Source: an uncultured Clostridia bacterium (GTDB lineage Bacteria; Bacillota; Clostridia; Christensenellales; UBA1242). Taken from it: a stretch of DNA of 63,201 nt. The translations under genes and the position numbers were made by a program. The DNA is taken from NCBI GenBank assembly GCA_947630405.1, contig CANRHL010000002.1, positions 1 to 63,201 on the forward strand. The letters run 5' to 3'. Below the pieces are notes generated by a model. The model made no database searches. It was not told where the DNA came from and worked only from the letters and a program-made list of their open reading frames with translations. This document shows positions 34,420-43,730 of this stretch, piece by piece. Within the stretch, counting starts at the first letter, position 1, and the number at the start of each line of letters is the position of its first letter.

Positions 34420-35499
34420 ATGACAGTTGAAGATAAAAACATAGTTTGGTTGGACCTTTTTCCGTTTTTAAGTTATCAAAAGAAAATCAAATTACTAACA
34501 CTTTTTGATGTTGATTTGGACCTTAAAAAGGTTTTTCTTGTAAAACCCGCATTTAGAGAAGTGCTTACGCAAGAAGAATTTTCTAAAATGAGCAAATTAT
34601 TGGACGATAACTATCTAAATAGCCAAATTGCTCGCTTTGAAAAAGACAATATTGAGATGATAACAATCCACAATGAAAAATACCCATCACTTTTAAAGGA
34701 AATTGATAGTCCGCCGCTATGCTTATATTGCAAAGGCAACACTCAACTGTTAAACACAACATCAATTGCCGTGGTTGGCACTAGGAAACCAACCGATTAT
34801 GGCATTGTAACCACAAAAGAGTTTGTTAAAGAACTTGCCCGCGCGGGCGTTACAATCGTTTCTGGCATGGCTGTTGGGGTGGACACAATTGCGCACAAAA
34901 CCGCACTTGAAGAAAACGGCAACACCATTGCCGTTCTTGCTGGCGGGCTTTATCACATCTATCCGTCAATCAACATAGGTTTGGCACGAAAAATTGTTGA
35001 AAACAATTTAATAATAACCGAAACAAGCCCAGATATTAGCGCACAAACCTATTATTTTCCACTTCGCAATAGAATTATTGCCGGCTTAACAAAAGGCACA
35101 CTTGTAACCGAAGCGGGCGAGAAAAGTGGCTCACTCATAACTATAAATCGCGCAATCGATTATAATCGAGAAATTTTTGTTGTGCCGGGCAGGATTGATT
35201 CTCCAAATTCAAAAGGAACAAATAACATTATTACAGAATATCCGCCAACTTTTACCACTTCTGCCAATAAAATATTGGATTTTTTGCAAATTAAAAAAGA
35301 AAATTTAAAAAATTCTTTTGTTCAACTTGACTTGAACGAGCAAATTATATTAAATTATATCACGGCTGAAAAGAAAACCTTCCAAGAGATTTTAGACCAC
35401 ACCAAACTTAAACCAAACGATTTAAACGCAATTCTATTGGAACTTGAAATGAACGGGGTTATAACCAAATTAGCCAACAATAGTTATATTAAGAATTAA
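34420..35499 (+). CDS. dprA: DNA processing protein DprA (Smf)
   Basis: 359 aa. AVVGTRKPT..G, SGMAVGVD and GSLIT motifs. Confidence 0.9.
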   Translation: MTVEDKNIVWLDLFPFLSYQKKIKLLTLFDVDLDLKKVFLVKPAFREVLTQEEFSKMSKLLDDNYLNSQIARFEKDNIEMITIHNEKYPSLLKEIDSPPLCLYCKGNTQLLNTTSIAVVGTRKPTDYGIVTTKEFVKELARAGVTIVSGMAVGVDTIAHKTALEENGNTIAVLAGGLYHIYPSINIGLARKIVENNLIITETSPDISAQTYYFPLRNRIIAGLTKGTLVTEAGEKSGSLITINRAIDYNREIFVVPGRIDSPNSKGTNNIITEYPPTFTTSANKILDFLQIKKENLKNSFVQLDLNEQIILNYITAEKKTFQEILDHTKLKPNDLNAILLELEMNGVITKLANNSYIKN

Positions 35500-35510
35500 G
35501 GAAAGTAATT

Positions 35511-37577
35511 ATGAAATTAGTTTTTATAGAAGGACCTGGTAAGCAGGAGTCAATTAAAAAATATTTAGGGCCAGAATATGTGGTGTTTGCAACAAAGGGG
35601 CATGTTAGGGATTTGCCGCAGAACTCTTTTGCAATAGATTTAAACAACAATTATGAGCCTAGTTACGAAATAATACCAAACAAAAAAGCAACCGTTGATG
35701 AAATTAAAAGGCTGGCATCAAAAGCCGATGCAATATATCTTGCAAGCGACCCGGATAGGGAAGGTGAAGCAATCGCTTGGCATTTATCAACCATTTTGGG
35801 GTTGGAAAAGGATGCCAAAGTGCGCACCGCTTTCAATGAAATAAGCAAAAAGGCGGTTAATGCCAGCATCAACAATCCGCAGCCAATCAACTACGATTTA
35901 GTAAACGCACAGCAAGGCAGGCGCGTTTTGGATAGAATAATGGGTTATAAATTAAGCCCGTTACTCAGCAAAAAAATCCATGGCAAACTAAGTGCTGGGC
36001 GTGTGCAATCCGTTACCTTAAAATTGGTTGTTGATAGGGAAAAGGCCATCAAAAACTTTGTGCCGGAAGAATATTGGAACATTTCGGCAGAACTCACTAA
36101 GGGCAAAGAAAAGTTTAAGGCCGACCTAGTGCAATTTAAGGATAAAAAACTAGAAATTAAAAATAAAGAGCAAGTAGACGAAATTTTAAAGGTTATTGAC
36201 ACTGCCGAATATAAAGTTAGCCAAGTAAAAAGGCAGGTTAGCTATTCAAAACCGCCTGCACCATATATTACAAGCAGTTTGCAGCAGGATGCCCTTTCAA
36301 AGTTGAAAATGAGTTTGTCTGCCTACACAAAAACCGCTCAATCTCTTTACGAAGGCGTTATGATAAAGGGCGAAGGCAAAACTGCGCTTGTAACCTACAT
36401 CCGTACAGATAGTACCCGTGTTAGCCTAGATGCACAATTTATGGCAAAAGAGTATATTATTGATACTTATGGCAAGGAATATCACCCAGGCAAATTTAAC
36501 GAGTTTGCCACAAAAGAAGGCGCGCAAGACGCCCACGAAGCCATAAGGCCAATTAACTTAAAATACACGCCAGAATATTTAAAGGATAAAATTGACGAAC
36601 AATATCTAAAACTTTACACTTTAATTTTTAACCGCTTTGTTTCAAGTCAAATGAGCTGGGCGCAATATGATAGCCTTACCGTTGACATTTTGGCGGGCGA
36701 TTATAAATTCCGTTCAAGCGGAAAAGCCTTGATTTTTGACGGCTTCACAAAACTAACAAAACCGCAAGATGACGATAAAAACGGCATAAACATTCCAGCA
36801 TTAACTGAAGGCGAAATTGTAACCAAAAAACAAATTAAAACCGAGCAAAAGTTCACAAAACCGCCCGTTCGTTTCACAACTGCAACGCTAACGCACGAAA
36901 TGGAAGTGCAGGGCATTGGAAGGCCTTCTACCTATGCGGCAACAATAACAACCTTATTTAATAGGGAATATATCAAAACGGAAAAAAATGCACTTGTGCC
37001 AACCGATTTGGGCGTGCAAGTTACCGAATATCTTGAAGAATATTTTAAGCAGGCTATGGATATAAAATTTACCGCAGCCATGGAAAACGAACTTGACGAT
37101 GTTGAATTGGGCAAGGCAAAATGGCAAGAGATTGTAGATAAATTTTATGTTGATTTTGCCAAACAGTTAGATTATGCAAGTAAACAATCGGGCATAAGCC
37201 TTCCAAAGTCCGCACCTGAGCCAAGCGACATAAAATGCGATAAATGTGGCGCAATGATGGTGTATAGAGATGGCAAATTCGGGCGTTTCCTTGCTTGCTC
37301 GAACTTCCCAAAATGCAAAAACACCAAAAATTTAAATGAAAATGAAATCACAGAAACAGGCATTTGTCCAAAATGCGGCGGAGTGGTTAGCGCAAAACAC
37401 AGCAAACATGGCAAACTCTTCTTTGGCTGCAACAACTATCCAAATTGCGATTATGTGTCATGGGATTTGCCTTTAGATAGGCCATGCCCAGCTTGTGGTA
37501 AAAATTTGTTTAAAAAATTTGGCAAGAAAACCTCAATTGTTTGCCTAAACAAAGGTTGCAATTATGTTGAAAATTAA
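35511..37577 (+). CDS. topA: DNA topoisomerase I
   Basis: 688 aa. TOPRIM (EGPGK..DPDREGE), active-site region YIRTDS, and three C-terminal Cys4 zinc ribbons. Confidence 0.96.
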   Translation: MKLVFIEGPGKQESIKKYLGPEYVVFATKGHVRDLPQNSFAIDLNNNYEPSYEIIPNKKATVDEIKRLASKADAIYLASDPDREGEAIAWHLSTILGLEKDAKVRTAFNEISKKAVNASINNPQPINYDLVNAQQGRRVLDRIMGYKLSPLLSKKIHGKLSAGRVQSVTLKLVVDREKAIKNFVPEEYWNISAELTKGKEKFKADLVQFKDKKLEIKNKEQVDEILKVIDTAEYKVSQVKRQVSYSKPPAPYITSSLQQDALSKLKMSLSAYTKTAQSLYEGVMIKGEGKTALVTYIRTDSTRVSLDAQFMAKEYIIDTYGKEYHPGKFNEFATKEGAQDAHEAIRPINLKYTPEYLKDKIDEQYLKLYTLIFNRFVSSQMSWAQYDSLTVDILAGDYKFRSSGKALIFDGFTKLTKPQDDDKNGINIPALTEGEIVTKKQIKTEQKFTKPPVRFTTATLTHEMEVQGIGRPSTYAATITTLFNREYIKTEKNALVPTDLGVQVTEYLEEYFKQAMDIKFTAAMENELDDVELGKAKWQEIVDKFYVDFAKQLDYASKQSGISLPKSAPEPSDIKCDKCGAMMVYRDGKFGRFLACSNFPKCKNTKNLNENEITETGICPKCGGVVSAKHSKHGKLFFGCNNYPNCDYVSWDLPLDRPCPACGKNLFKKFGKKTSIVCLNKGCNYVEN

Positions 37578-38877
37578 CATTATTGGGGCAGGGCTTGCTG
37601 GCAGCGAGTGCGCCTTGCAACTTGCAAAAAAGGGCTATAAAGTCCACCTTTATGATATTAAAGATAAGGCTTTCACGCCTGCGCATCACAGCGAAAACTA
37701 TGCTGAAATTGTTTGTAGCAACTCGCTAAAGAGTGATGACGAAAACACCGCATCTGGTGTATTTAAACGCGAACTTACACTATTAGGCAGTGAACTTTTA
37801 AAAACCGCTTATGAAAACAAAGTCCCTGCTGGTCAGGCTTTGGCAGTGGATAGAGAGAAATTTTCACTTAGCATCACAAATCAAATTAAGCAAAATAACA
37901 ACATTATCTTGCACTGCGAAGAGGTTGCAGATTTTGAGCCGAACGCCATAACTGTTGTGGCAACCGGACCGCTCACCACACCCAAAATGTGTGATGCACT
38001 AAAAAAGTTGCTGGGTAGCGAATTTTTGTATTTTTACGATGCGGCATCGCCAATTATTGATGCCGAAAGTATAAATATGGAAATTGCTTTTCTAGGTAGT
38101 CGCTATAATAAGGGCGAGGATGATTACATTAACTGCCCAATGAATAAAGACGAATACACTTTGTTTTACAATGAGTTAATTAAGGCAAAAATTGTTGAAC
38201 TGCACAATTTTGAAAAGAAAAATATCTTTGAAAGTTGCATGCCAATTGAAATTTTGGCTTCCCGCGGCGTGGATGCTATAAGATTTGGACCGCTAAAACC
38301 GGTTGGAATAACTAATCCGCACAAAAAAGATAAGCCATATGCCGTTGTTCAGTTGAGAAAAGAAAATAAATATGCTACAATGTACAATATGGTAGGTTTT
38401 CAAACAAACCTTACCTTTGGCGAGCAAAAGCGGGTGTTCAGACTAATTCCGGGGCTTGAAAATGCCGAATTTTTGCGTTATGGTGTTATGCACACCAACA
38501 ATTTCATCAATTTTCCAAAATGCTTGGATAAATATTCAAGGCTAAAAAGCCACCCAAACATTTTCATTGCCGGTCAATTAAGCGGGGTGGAAGGTTATGT
38601 TGAAAGCATTGCAAGTGGGTTATATTGCGCCATAAATGTTGAACGCATGCTGAAAAACCAGAGTTTAATTAGTTTTGGTGCGGACACAATTATTGGTGGA
38701 ATATATAACTATTTATCTAATGCAAGCCCGGAGAGTGTGCAGCCAATAAATGCAAATTTTGGTCTACTTAACCCGATAGACGAAAAAAACAAGCAGTTAA
38801 GGTACGAAAAATTTAGGCTTCGCTCGCTTGAGAGCATTAAAAACACATTAAAGGAGATTAATTATGGAACAGTTTAG
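37564..38877 (+). CDS. trmFO: folate-dependent tRNA U54 methyltransferase TrmFO (Gid)
   Basis: 437 aa. IIGAGLAGSE FAD motif. Canonical position after topA. Confidence 0.93.
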   Translation: MLKINIIGAGLAGSECALQLAKKGYKVHLYDIKDKAFTPAHHSENYAEIVCSNSLKSDDENTASGVFKRELTLLGSELLKTAYENKVPAGQALAVDREKFSLSITNQIKQNNNIILHCEEVADFEPNAITVVATGPLTTPKMCDALKKLLGSEFLYFYDAASPIIDAESINMEIAFLGSRYNKGEDDYINCPMNKDEYTLFYNELIKAKIVELHNFEKKNIFESCMPIEILASRGVDAIRFGPLKPVGITNPHKKDKPYAVVQLRKENKYATMYNMVGFQTNLTFGEQKRVFRLIPGLENAEFLRYGVMHTNNFINFPKCLDKYSRLKSHPNIFIAGQLSGVEGYVESIASGLYCAINVERMLKNQSLISFGADTIIGGIYNYLSNASPESVQPINANFGLLNPIDEKNKQLRYEKFRLRSLESIKNTLKEINYGTV

Positions 38878-39397
38878 AGGAACCACAATCGTTGCAGTTA
38901 AAAGAGATGGCAAAACAGTAATTGCCGGCGATGGTCAAGTAACAATGGGCGAAAGTGTTATATTTAAAAGCAGTGCACACAAGGTGCGCAGGCTTTTTGA
39001 CGACAAAGTTATTGTGGGGTTCGCAGGTGGCACGGCGGACGCGTTTTCAATGTGCGAAGAGTTTGAAAAAATGCTTAATAAATATAGCGGCAGTTTAATG
39101 CGTAGCGCGGTTGAATATGCAAAAAGCATCCGCTCTCAAGGGCACAATAACGCGCAAGCATTAATGATTGTTGCAGATAAAAACACATTGTTAATTCTAA
39201 CCTGCATGGGCGATGTTATAGAGCCGGACGATGGCATTTGTGCAATTGGCAGTGGCGGCAATTATGCGCTTGCTGCAGCAAAGGCACTAATTAAAAACAC
39301 AAATTTAACGGCACGCGAAATTGCAATTAAATCTATGGAAATTGCAAGCGATATTTGTGTGTTTACAAACAACCAGTTTGTTATTGAAGAGGTGTAA
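38864..39397 (+). CDS. hslV: ATP-dependent protease subunit HslV (ClpQ)
   Basis: 177 aa. TTIVAVKRDG mature N-terminal Thr motif, GSGGNYA. Confidence 0.92.
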   Translation: MEQFRGTTIVAVKRDGKTVIAGDGQVTMGESVIFKSSAHKVRRLFDDKVIVGFAGGTADAFSMCEEFEKMLNKYSGSLMRSAVEYAKSIRSQGHNNAQALMIVADKNTLLILTCMGDVIEPDDGICAIGSGGNYALAAAKALIKNTNLTAREIAIKSMEIASDICVFTNNQFVIEEV

Positions 39398-39399
39398 TT

Positions 39400-40707
39400 A
39401 TGATGACATGTAAAGAAATTGTTTCAAATCTAGATAAATACATTATTGGTCAATCTAAGGCCAAGCGCGCAGTTGCTATTGCACTTAGAAACCGCTATAG
39501 AAGGAGTAAACTTCCAAAGTCACTAAGTGATGAAATAACACCTAAAAACATAATTTTAAAAGGTCCAACTGGCGTTGGTAAAACCGAAATTGCAAGAAGG
39601 CTTGCAAAGCTTGTTAACGCACCATTTATTAAAGTTGAAGCCACAAAATACACCGAAGTTGGTTATGTTGGTCGCGATGTTGAAAGCATGGTTCGTGATT
39701 TGGTTGAAGCCTCTGTTCGCATAGTTAAAAACGAGCAAGCCGAAAAAATTAAAGATAAGGCAAGTGCGGTGGTAGATAAAAAGATAACCGATATCTTGTA
39801 TCCATTAAAAAAGGCAAATAAGCCAGAGGAAATGGACACCGAACTATTTAGGCAAAAGTTTTATGAGGACTATAAAAACGGCGTTTACAACAATGAGCCA
39901 ATTGACATTGATATTAAGGAGCAACCAAAACAAGTCAATTTGTTGGATGGCGTTGGGGCAGAAATAAACATTGGTCAAATTATGGGTGGCTTTATTAAAG
40001 CACCAAGAAAAGTTAAACGCATGACAGTTGAACGCGCCCGCGAAATTTTGCTTGAAGAAGAGTGCGATAGGCTCATTGACCCGGACAATCTTAATAAGGA
40101 AGCAATTTTCCGCGCCGAGCAAGAAGGAATTATCTTTATTGACGAGTTTGATAAGATTGCCGCCAAGAAAAATAACACTCAAGATGTTTCGCGTGAAGGC
40201 GTGCAACGTGATATTTTGCCAATTGTTGAAGGCAGCGTTGTCAATACAAAATATGGTGTAGTTCACACCGATTATATACTATTCATTGCGGCTGGTGCTT
40301 TCCACATTTCTAGCGTTAGTGACCTTATTCCAGAACTTCAGGGCCGTTTCCCAATTCAAGTTGAATTGAATAGCCTTGATAAAGAGGACTTTAAAAAGAT
40401 TTTAACAATTCCAGAGAACGCAATAACCACACAATATCAAGAACTTTTAAAAGTTGACAATGTGAACATTGAATTTACTGATGATGCCATAGACACAATT
40501 GCCGAGTTGGCATACGAAGAAAACGAAACAAATGAAAATATTGGAGCAAGAAGGTTGCAAACAATAATGGAAGCTCTGCTTGAGGATATTTCATTTAACG
40601 CAAGTGAAGATAATCCTATGGTTGATGTGAAAATTGATAAACCTTTTGTTGTAAACACAATGAAGAGTTTAATTCACACTCACGACTTTAAAAAGTACGT
40701 TTTGTAA
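39400..40707 (+). CDS. hslU: ATP-dependent protease ATPase subunit HslU (ClpY)
   Basis: 435 aa. GPTGVGKTEIARRLA Walker A, IIFIDEFDKI Walker B. Confidence 0.94.
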   Translation: MMTCKEIVSNLDKYIIGQSKAKRAVAIALRNRYRRSKLPKSLSDEITPKNIILKGPTGVGKTEIARRLAKLVNAPFIKVEATKYTEVGYVGRDVESMVRDLVEASVRIVKNEQAEKIKDKASAVVDKKITDILYPLKKANKPEEMDTELFRQKFYEDYKNGVYNNEPIDIDIKEQPKQVNLLDGVGAEINIGQIMGGFIKAPRKVKRMTVERAREILLEEECDRLIDPDNLNKEAIFRAEQEGIIFIDEFDKIAAKKNNTQDVSREGVQRDILPIVEGSVVNTKYGVVHTDYILFIAAGAFHISSVSDLIPELQGRFPIQVELNSLDKEDFKKILTIPENAITTQYQELLKVDNVNIEFTDDAIDTIAELAYEENETNENIGARRLQTIMEALLEDISFNASEDNPMVDVKIDKPFVVNTMKSLIHTHDFKKYVL

Positions 40708-40718
40708 TTTAAAAATTA

Positions 40719-41414
40719 ATGGAAAACAATTTAGAATTTTTAAATAGATTTGCAATTATGTTAGATGAAAGTCAAATAAAAAAGTTGACGGCCGCTAACA
40801 TAATTATTTTTGGCGTGGGCGGTGTTGGCGGCGCGGTTGCCAATTTCCTAGTGCGTTCGGGCATTTGCAATTTGTCGGTTGTGGACTTTGACACAATTGA
40901 TGTAACCAACATTAATAGGCAGCTCGTTGCAAACACAAAAAATGTTCATAAACTTAAAGTTGACGAAATAAAAAAGCAATTAAAGGATATAAATAGCGGT
41001 TTAAAAATTAAAACCTTTCCAATTAAATATAATAGCGAAACAAAGGGTGAAATTGACCTATCTAAATATGATTATATAGTTGATTGCGTTGACGATTTAA
41101 GTGCGAAAAAACTGCTAATTACCGAAGCAAATCGGCTAAATAAACCAATAATTTGCGCAATGGGGGCGGGCAATAGGTATGCTGAAATTCCAAATTTTGA
41201 AATTGCGGACATATCAAAAACGAGTTATGATCCAATTGCAAAAATTCTGCGTAAATTTTGCGCTGGCACGGGTATAAAACACCTTAATGTTTGTTACACT
41301 AAACAGAAAGCGGTTAAAAATAATTGCAATAAGGTGGCAAGTGTGGTATACTATCCAATAAGTATGGCGTGTTGCATCACGGCATTTGTAATTAACGAAA
41401 TTATAGGGAGATAA
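40719..41414 (+). CDS. tcdA: ThiF/E1-like protein, TcdA (CsdL/YrvM)-type tRNA t6A dehydratase family
   Basis: 231 aa. GVGGVGG nucleotide loop, DVTNINRQ, VDCVDD, MGAGN and YDPIAKILRK are typical of TcdA rather than ThiF or MoeB. Confidence 0.75.
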   Translation: MENNLEFLNRFAIMLDESQIKKLTAANIIIFGVGGVGGAVANFLVRSGICNLSVVDFDTIDVTNINRQLVANTKNVHKLKVDEIKKQLKDINSGLKIKTFPIKYNSETKGEIDLSKYDYIVDCVDDLSAKKLLITEANRLNKPIICAMGAGNRYAEIPNFEIADISKTSYDPIAKILRKFCAGTGIKHLNVCYTKQKAVKNNCNKVASVVYYPISMACCITAFVINEIIGR

Positions 41415-41415
41415 T

Positions 41416-41727
41416 ATGAAAGACCTTAATGAAAAAGATTTTGATAAAACAATAAACAGCAAAAAATTGGTGGTTGTGGACTTTTTTGCAACTTGGTGTA
41501 TGCCATGCAAAATGTTAAGGCCAATTCTTGAAAAGGTGGAAGAAAAGGTGGAAGGAGTAACCTTTTATTCACTTGATATAGACGAAAATGAGGAAATTGC
41601 CAAGCGTTATAGAGTTTTCAGCGTGCCAACAGTAATTTGCTTTAAAGCGGGCGAAATCGTTGATAGCCTTGTTGGGCTTAACCCATATGATGACGTACTA
41701 GATTTTGTAAATAGATGCAACAAATAG
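41416..41727 (+). CDS. trxA: thioredoxin with a CMPC active site
   Basis: 103 aa. VVDFFATWCMPCKML, and VPT before the cis-Pro position. Confidence 0.85.
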   Translation: MKDLNEKDFDKTINSKKLVVVDFFATWCMPCKMLRPILEKVEEKVEGVTFYSLDIDENEEIAKRYRVFSVPTVICFKAGEIVDSLVGLNPYDDVLDFVNRCNK

Positions 41728-41748
41728 GCAAAAACCTGCCTATTTTTT
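41724..41748 (+). terminator. rho-independent terminator
   Basis: ATAGGCA/TGCCTAT stem followed by T5. A second AT-rich hairpin with a T-run lies at 41776-41801. Confidence 0.65.
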
Positions 41749-41811
41749 AATTTTTTAGTTAAAAATAGTTAGATGGTTATAAATTTTTTATAACTTTTTT
41801 TAATTTTGATA

Positions 41812-41840
41812 TTGACAAAATCACTAATCTATGTTAAATT
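41812..41840 (+). promoter_or_regulatory. sigma-A type promoter of nifS
   Basis: TTGACA 41812-41817, 17 nt, TGtTAAATT with -10 at 41835-41840. Confidence 0.55.
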
Positions 41841-41858
41841 TTATTTTGGAGAGAGATT

Positions 41859-43046
41859 ATGAACAGAATTTATTTAGATAATGCTTCAACCACAACCTTA
41901 AGCGCAGAAGTTTTAAATGCTATGATGCCTGTTTTAACTGACACATTTGGCAACACTTCTTCAATTCACTCATTCGGGCGCGATGCGGCAAGTTTGGTTG
42001 ATGCAAGTAGAGATACGATTGCAAACACAATCAATGCAAAATCTAACGAAATCTATTTTACTTCAAGCGGCAGCGAAGCCAACAGTATGGCAATAATTGG
42101 CATTGCAATGGCAAACCGCACACATGGCAACCACATTATAACAAGCAAAATAGAGCATCCATCCGTGCTTAATGCATGCAAATATTTGGAGCAAAATGGC
42201 TATGATGTTACTTATCTTGATGTAGATAAAAACGGCTTTATTCGTTTCGCAGATTTAATTAGATATTTAAAGCCAACCACAATTTTGGTTTCAATTATGA
42301 GTGCAAACAACGAACTTGGCACAATTCAAAACCTTAAAGCCATTGCACAAACCGCACACGAAAAAGGCGCAATATTTCACACTGATGCCGTTCAACTTTA
42401 TGGCAATATGACTTTTGACGTGCAAGATATAGGCATTGACGCTATGACAATTTCTTCACACAAAATTTATGGCCCTAAGGGTGTTGGCTGCCTATATTTA
42501 TCTAACAAAGTTAAAATTGACCCAATAATTTTCGGCGGCAATCAAGAGCGTGGCAAACGCGGTGGCACAACCAACACGGCCGGAGTGGTGGGCTTTGCAA
42601 AGGCTTGTGAAATTGCTTATAGAGATTTGCGAACAAACCGCCACAAGTTGCAAGAACTTTCCAACTATTTCACAACAAAACTTAGTGAAATGGTTGAAAA
42701 TATCATAATCAATGCAAATGTAAGGCAAAAAGTTTCACACATTATATCAGTTACTTTCTTAGGTGTTGATGGCGAAAGTTTGCTAACAAAACTTGACCTT
42801 AACGGCGTTGCAGTTTCAACAGGTAGCGCTTGCACAAGCAACAGTTTGGCAGTCTCTCACGTGATTTCAGCCATCGGCCTTAATAATGACGATGCAAAAA
42901 GCACAATCCGCTTCAGCCTTGGCAAAAATAATAGTTTTGAAGAGTTGGACGAAGCACTTAACATTATTAAGAAATCAGTTGAAGAATTACGCGTATATTC
43001 GTCCACCTATGGCGCAAAAACAAGAAAAAGAAAGGGGGATAAATAA
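41859..43046 (+). CDS. nifS: cysteine desulfurase (NifS/IscS type)
   Basis: 395 aa. SSHKIYGPKG PLP-lysine motif and STGSACTS active-site Cys loop. Confidence 0.9.
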   Translation: MNRIYLDNASTTTLSAEVLNAMMPVLTDTFGNTSSIHSFGRDAASLVDASRDTIANTINAKSNEIYFTSSGSEANSMAIIGIAMANRTHGNHIITSKIEHPSVLNACKYLEQNGYDVTYLDVDKNGFIRFADLIRYLKPTTILVSIMSANNELGTIQNLKAIAQTAHEKGAIFHTDAVQLYGNMTFDVQDIGIDAMTISSHKIYGPKGVGCLYLSNKVKIDPIIFGGNQERGKRGGTTNTAGVVGFAKACEIAYRDLRTNRHKLQELSNYFTTKLSEMVENIIINANVRQKVSHIISVTFLGVDGESLLTKLDLNGVAVSTGSACTSNSLAVSHVISAIGLNNDDAKSTIRFSLGKNNSFEELDEALNIIKKSVEELRVYSSTYGAKTRKRKGDK

Positions 43047-43420
43047 TGAATAACACAATTTTAAATTTATTTAATAACCCAACAAATGCCGGCAGAATAA
43101 CAAAACCAAGCGGCATTGCAGATAATGCAAATTTTGATAACACCGCACATGTTGAGTTTTCAATTAAGGTTGAAAACAACGAAATTGTTGATGCAAAATT
43201 CCGTGCACAGGCAAACCCTTACATAATTGCCGTTTGCGAAACCATTGCAGAAATGGCAAAACACAAAACTCTTGATATGTTAATGATTGACGACATTTTA
43301 GTTAAAACCGCACTTAACGACGATAGTGATGTAGACATTAATTTCTGCATAGATTGCGTTAAAAATGCCGTTAGCGACTATTTAGAGAAATTGGCAAAAT
43401 CTAACAAACAAAAAGCCTAA
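43046..43420 (+). CDS. IscU/NifU-N-like protein lacking two of the three canonical cluster cysteines
   Basis: 124 aa. NPTNAGRI and IVDAKFRA align with IscU (NPRNVG, I.DA.FK). The CGD motif reads FDN, GCG reads ANP, and only the HCS-position Cys (C101) is kept. Extra Cys at C64 and C104. Confidence 0.6.
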   Translation: MNNTILNLFNNPTNAGRITKPSGIADNANFDNTAHVEFSIKVENNEIVDAKFRAQANPYIIAVCETIAEMAKHKTLDMLMIDDILVKTALNDDSDVDINFCIDCVKNAVSDYLEKLAKSNKQKA

Positions 43421-43469
43421 AAAAATACATATTTCGCCACATTTAGCAAAAACTATTTGTGGAGGGATT

Positions 43470-43652
43470 ATGAAGGAATTTCTAATTGGCATGGGTTTAG
43501 GTTTTGTTGTTGGTGCAATAACCTGCAAAGTTAATAAACCACTTTCAGACACAGTTGAAAAAGGTGTTGAAAAGGGCAAAGAAATTATTGACGATGTTAA
43601 AGACGAAATCGAAACTCAAGCAAAAAAACAACAACAAAAAAAGCAAAATTAA
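43470..43652 (+). CDS. small membrane-anchored protein (one TM helix plus charged coil)
   Basis: 60 aa. GGAGGG SD. N-terminal TM helix GMGLGFVVGAI followed by a K/E/Q-rich tail. YtxH-like in layout only. Confidence 0.5.
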   Translation: MKEFLIGMGLGFVVGAITCKVNKPLSDTVEKGVEKGKEIIDDVKDEIETQAKKQQQKKQN

Positions 43653-43672
43653 CACGGGCAACCGTGTTTTTT
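43651..43672 (+). terminator. rho-independent terminator
   Basis: AACACGG/CCGTGTT stem followed by T5. Confidence 0.7.
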
Positions 43673-43683
43673 CAAATTTAGTG

Positions 43684-43712
43684 TTGACAAATTGTTAAAA
43701 ATAAGATAATAT
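43684..43712 (+). promoter_or_regulatory. sigma-A type promoter
   Basis: TTGACA 43684-43689, 17 nt, TAATAT 43707-43712. Confidence 0.6.
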
Positions 43713-43730
43713 AAGCCTTAAGGAGAACAA

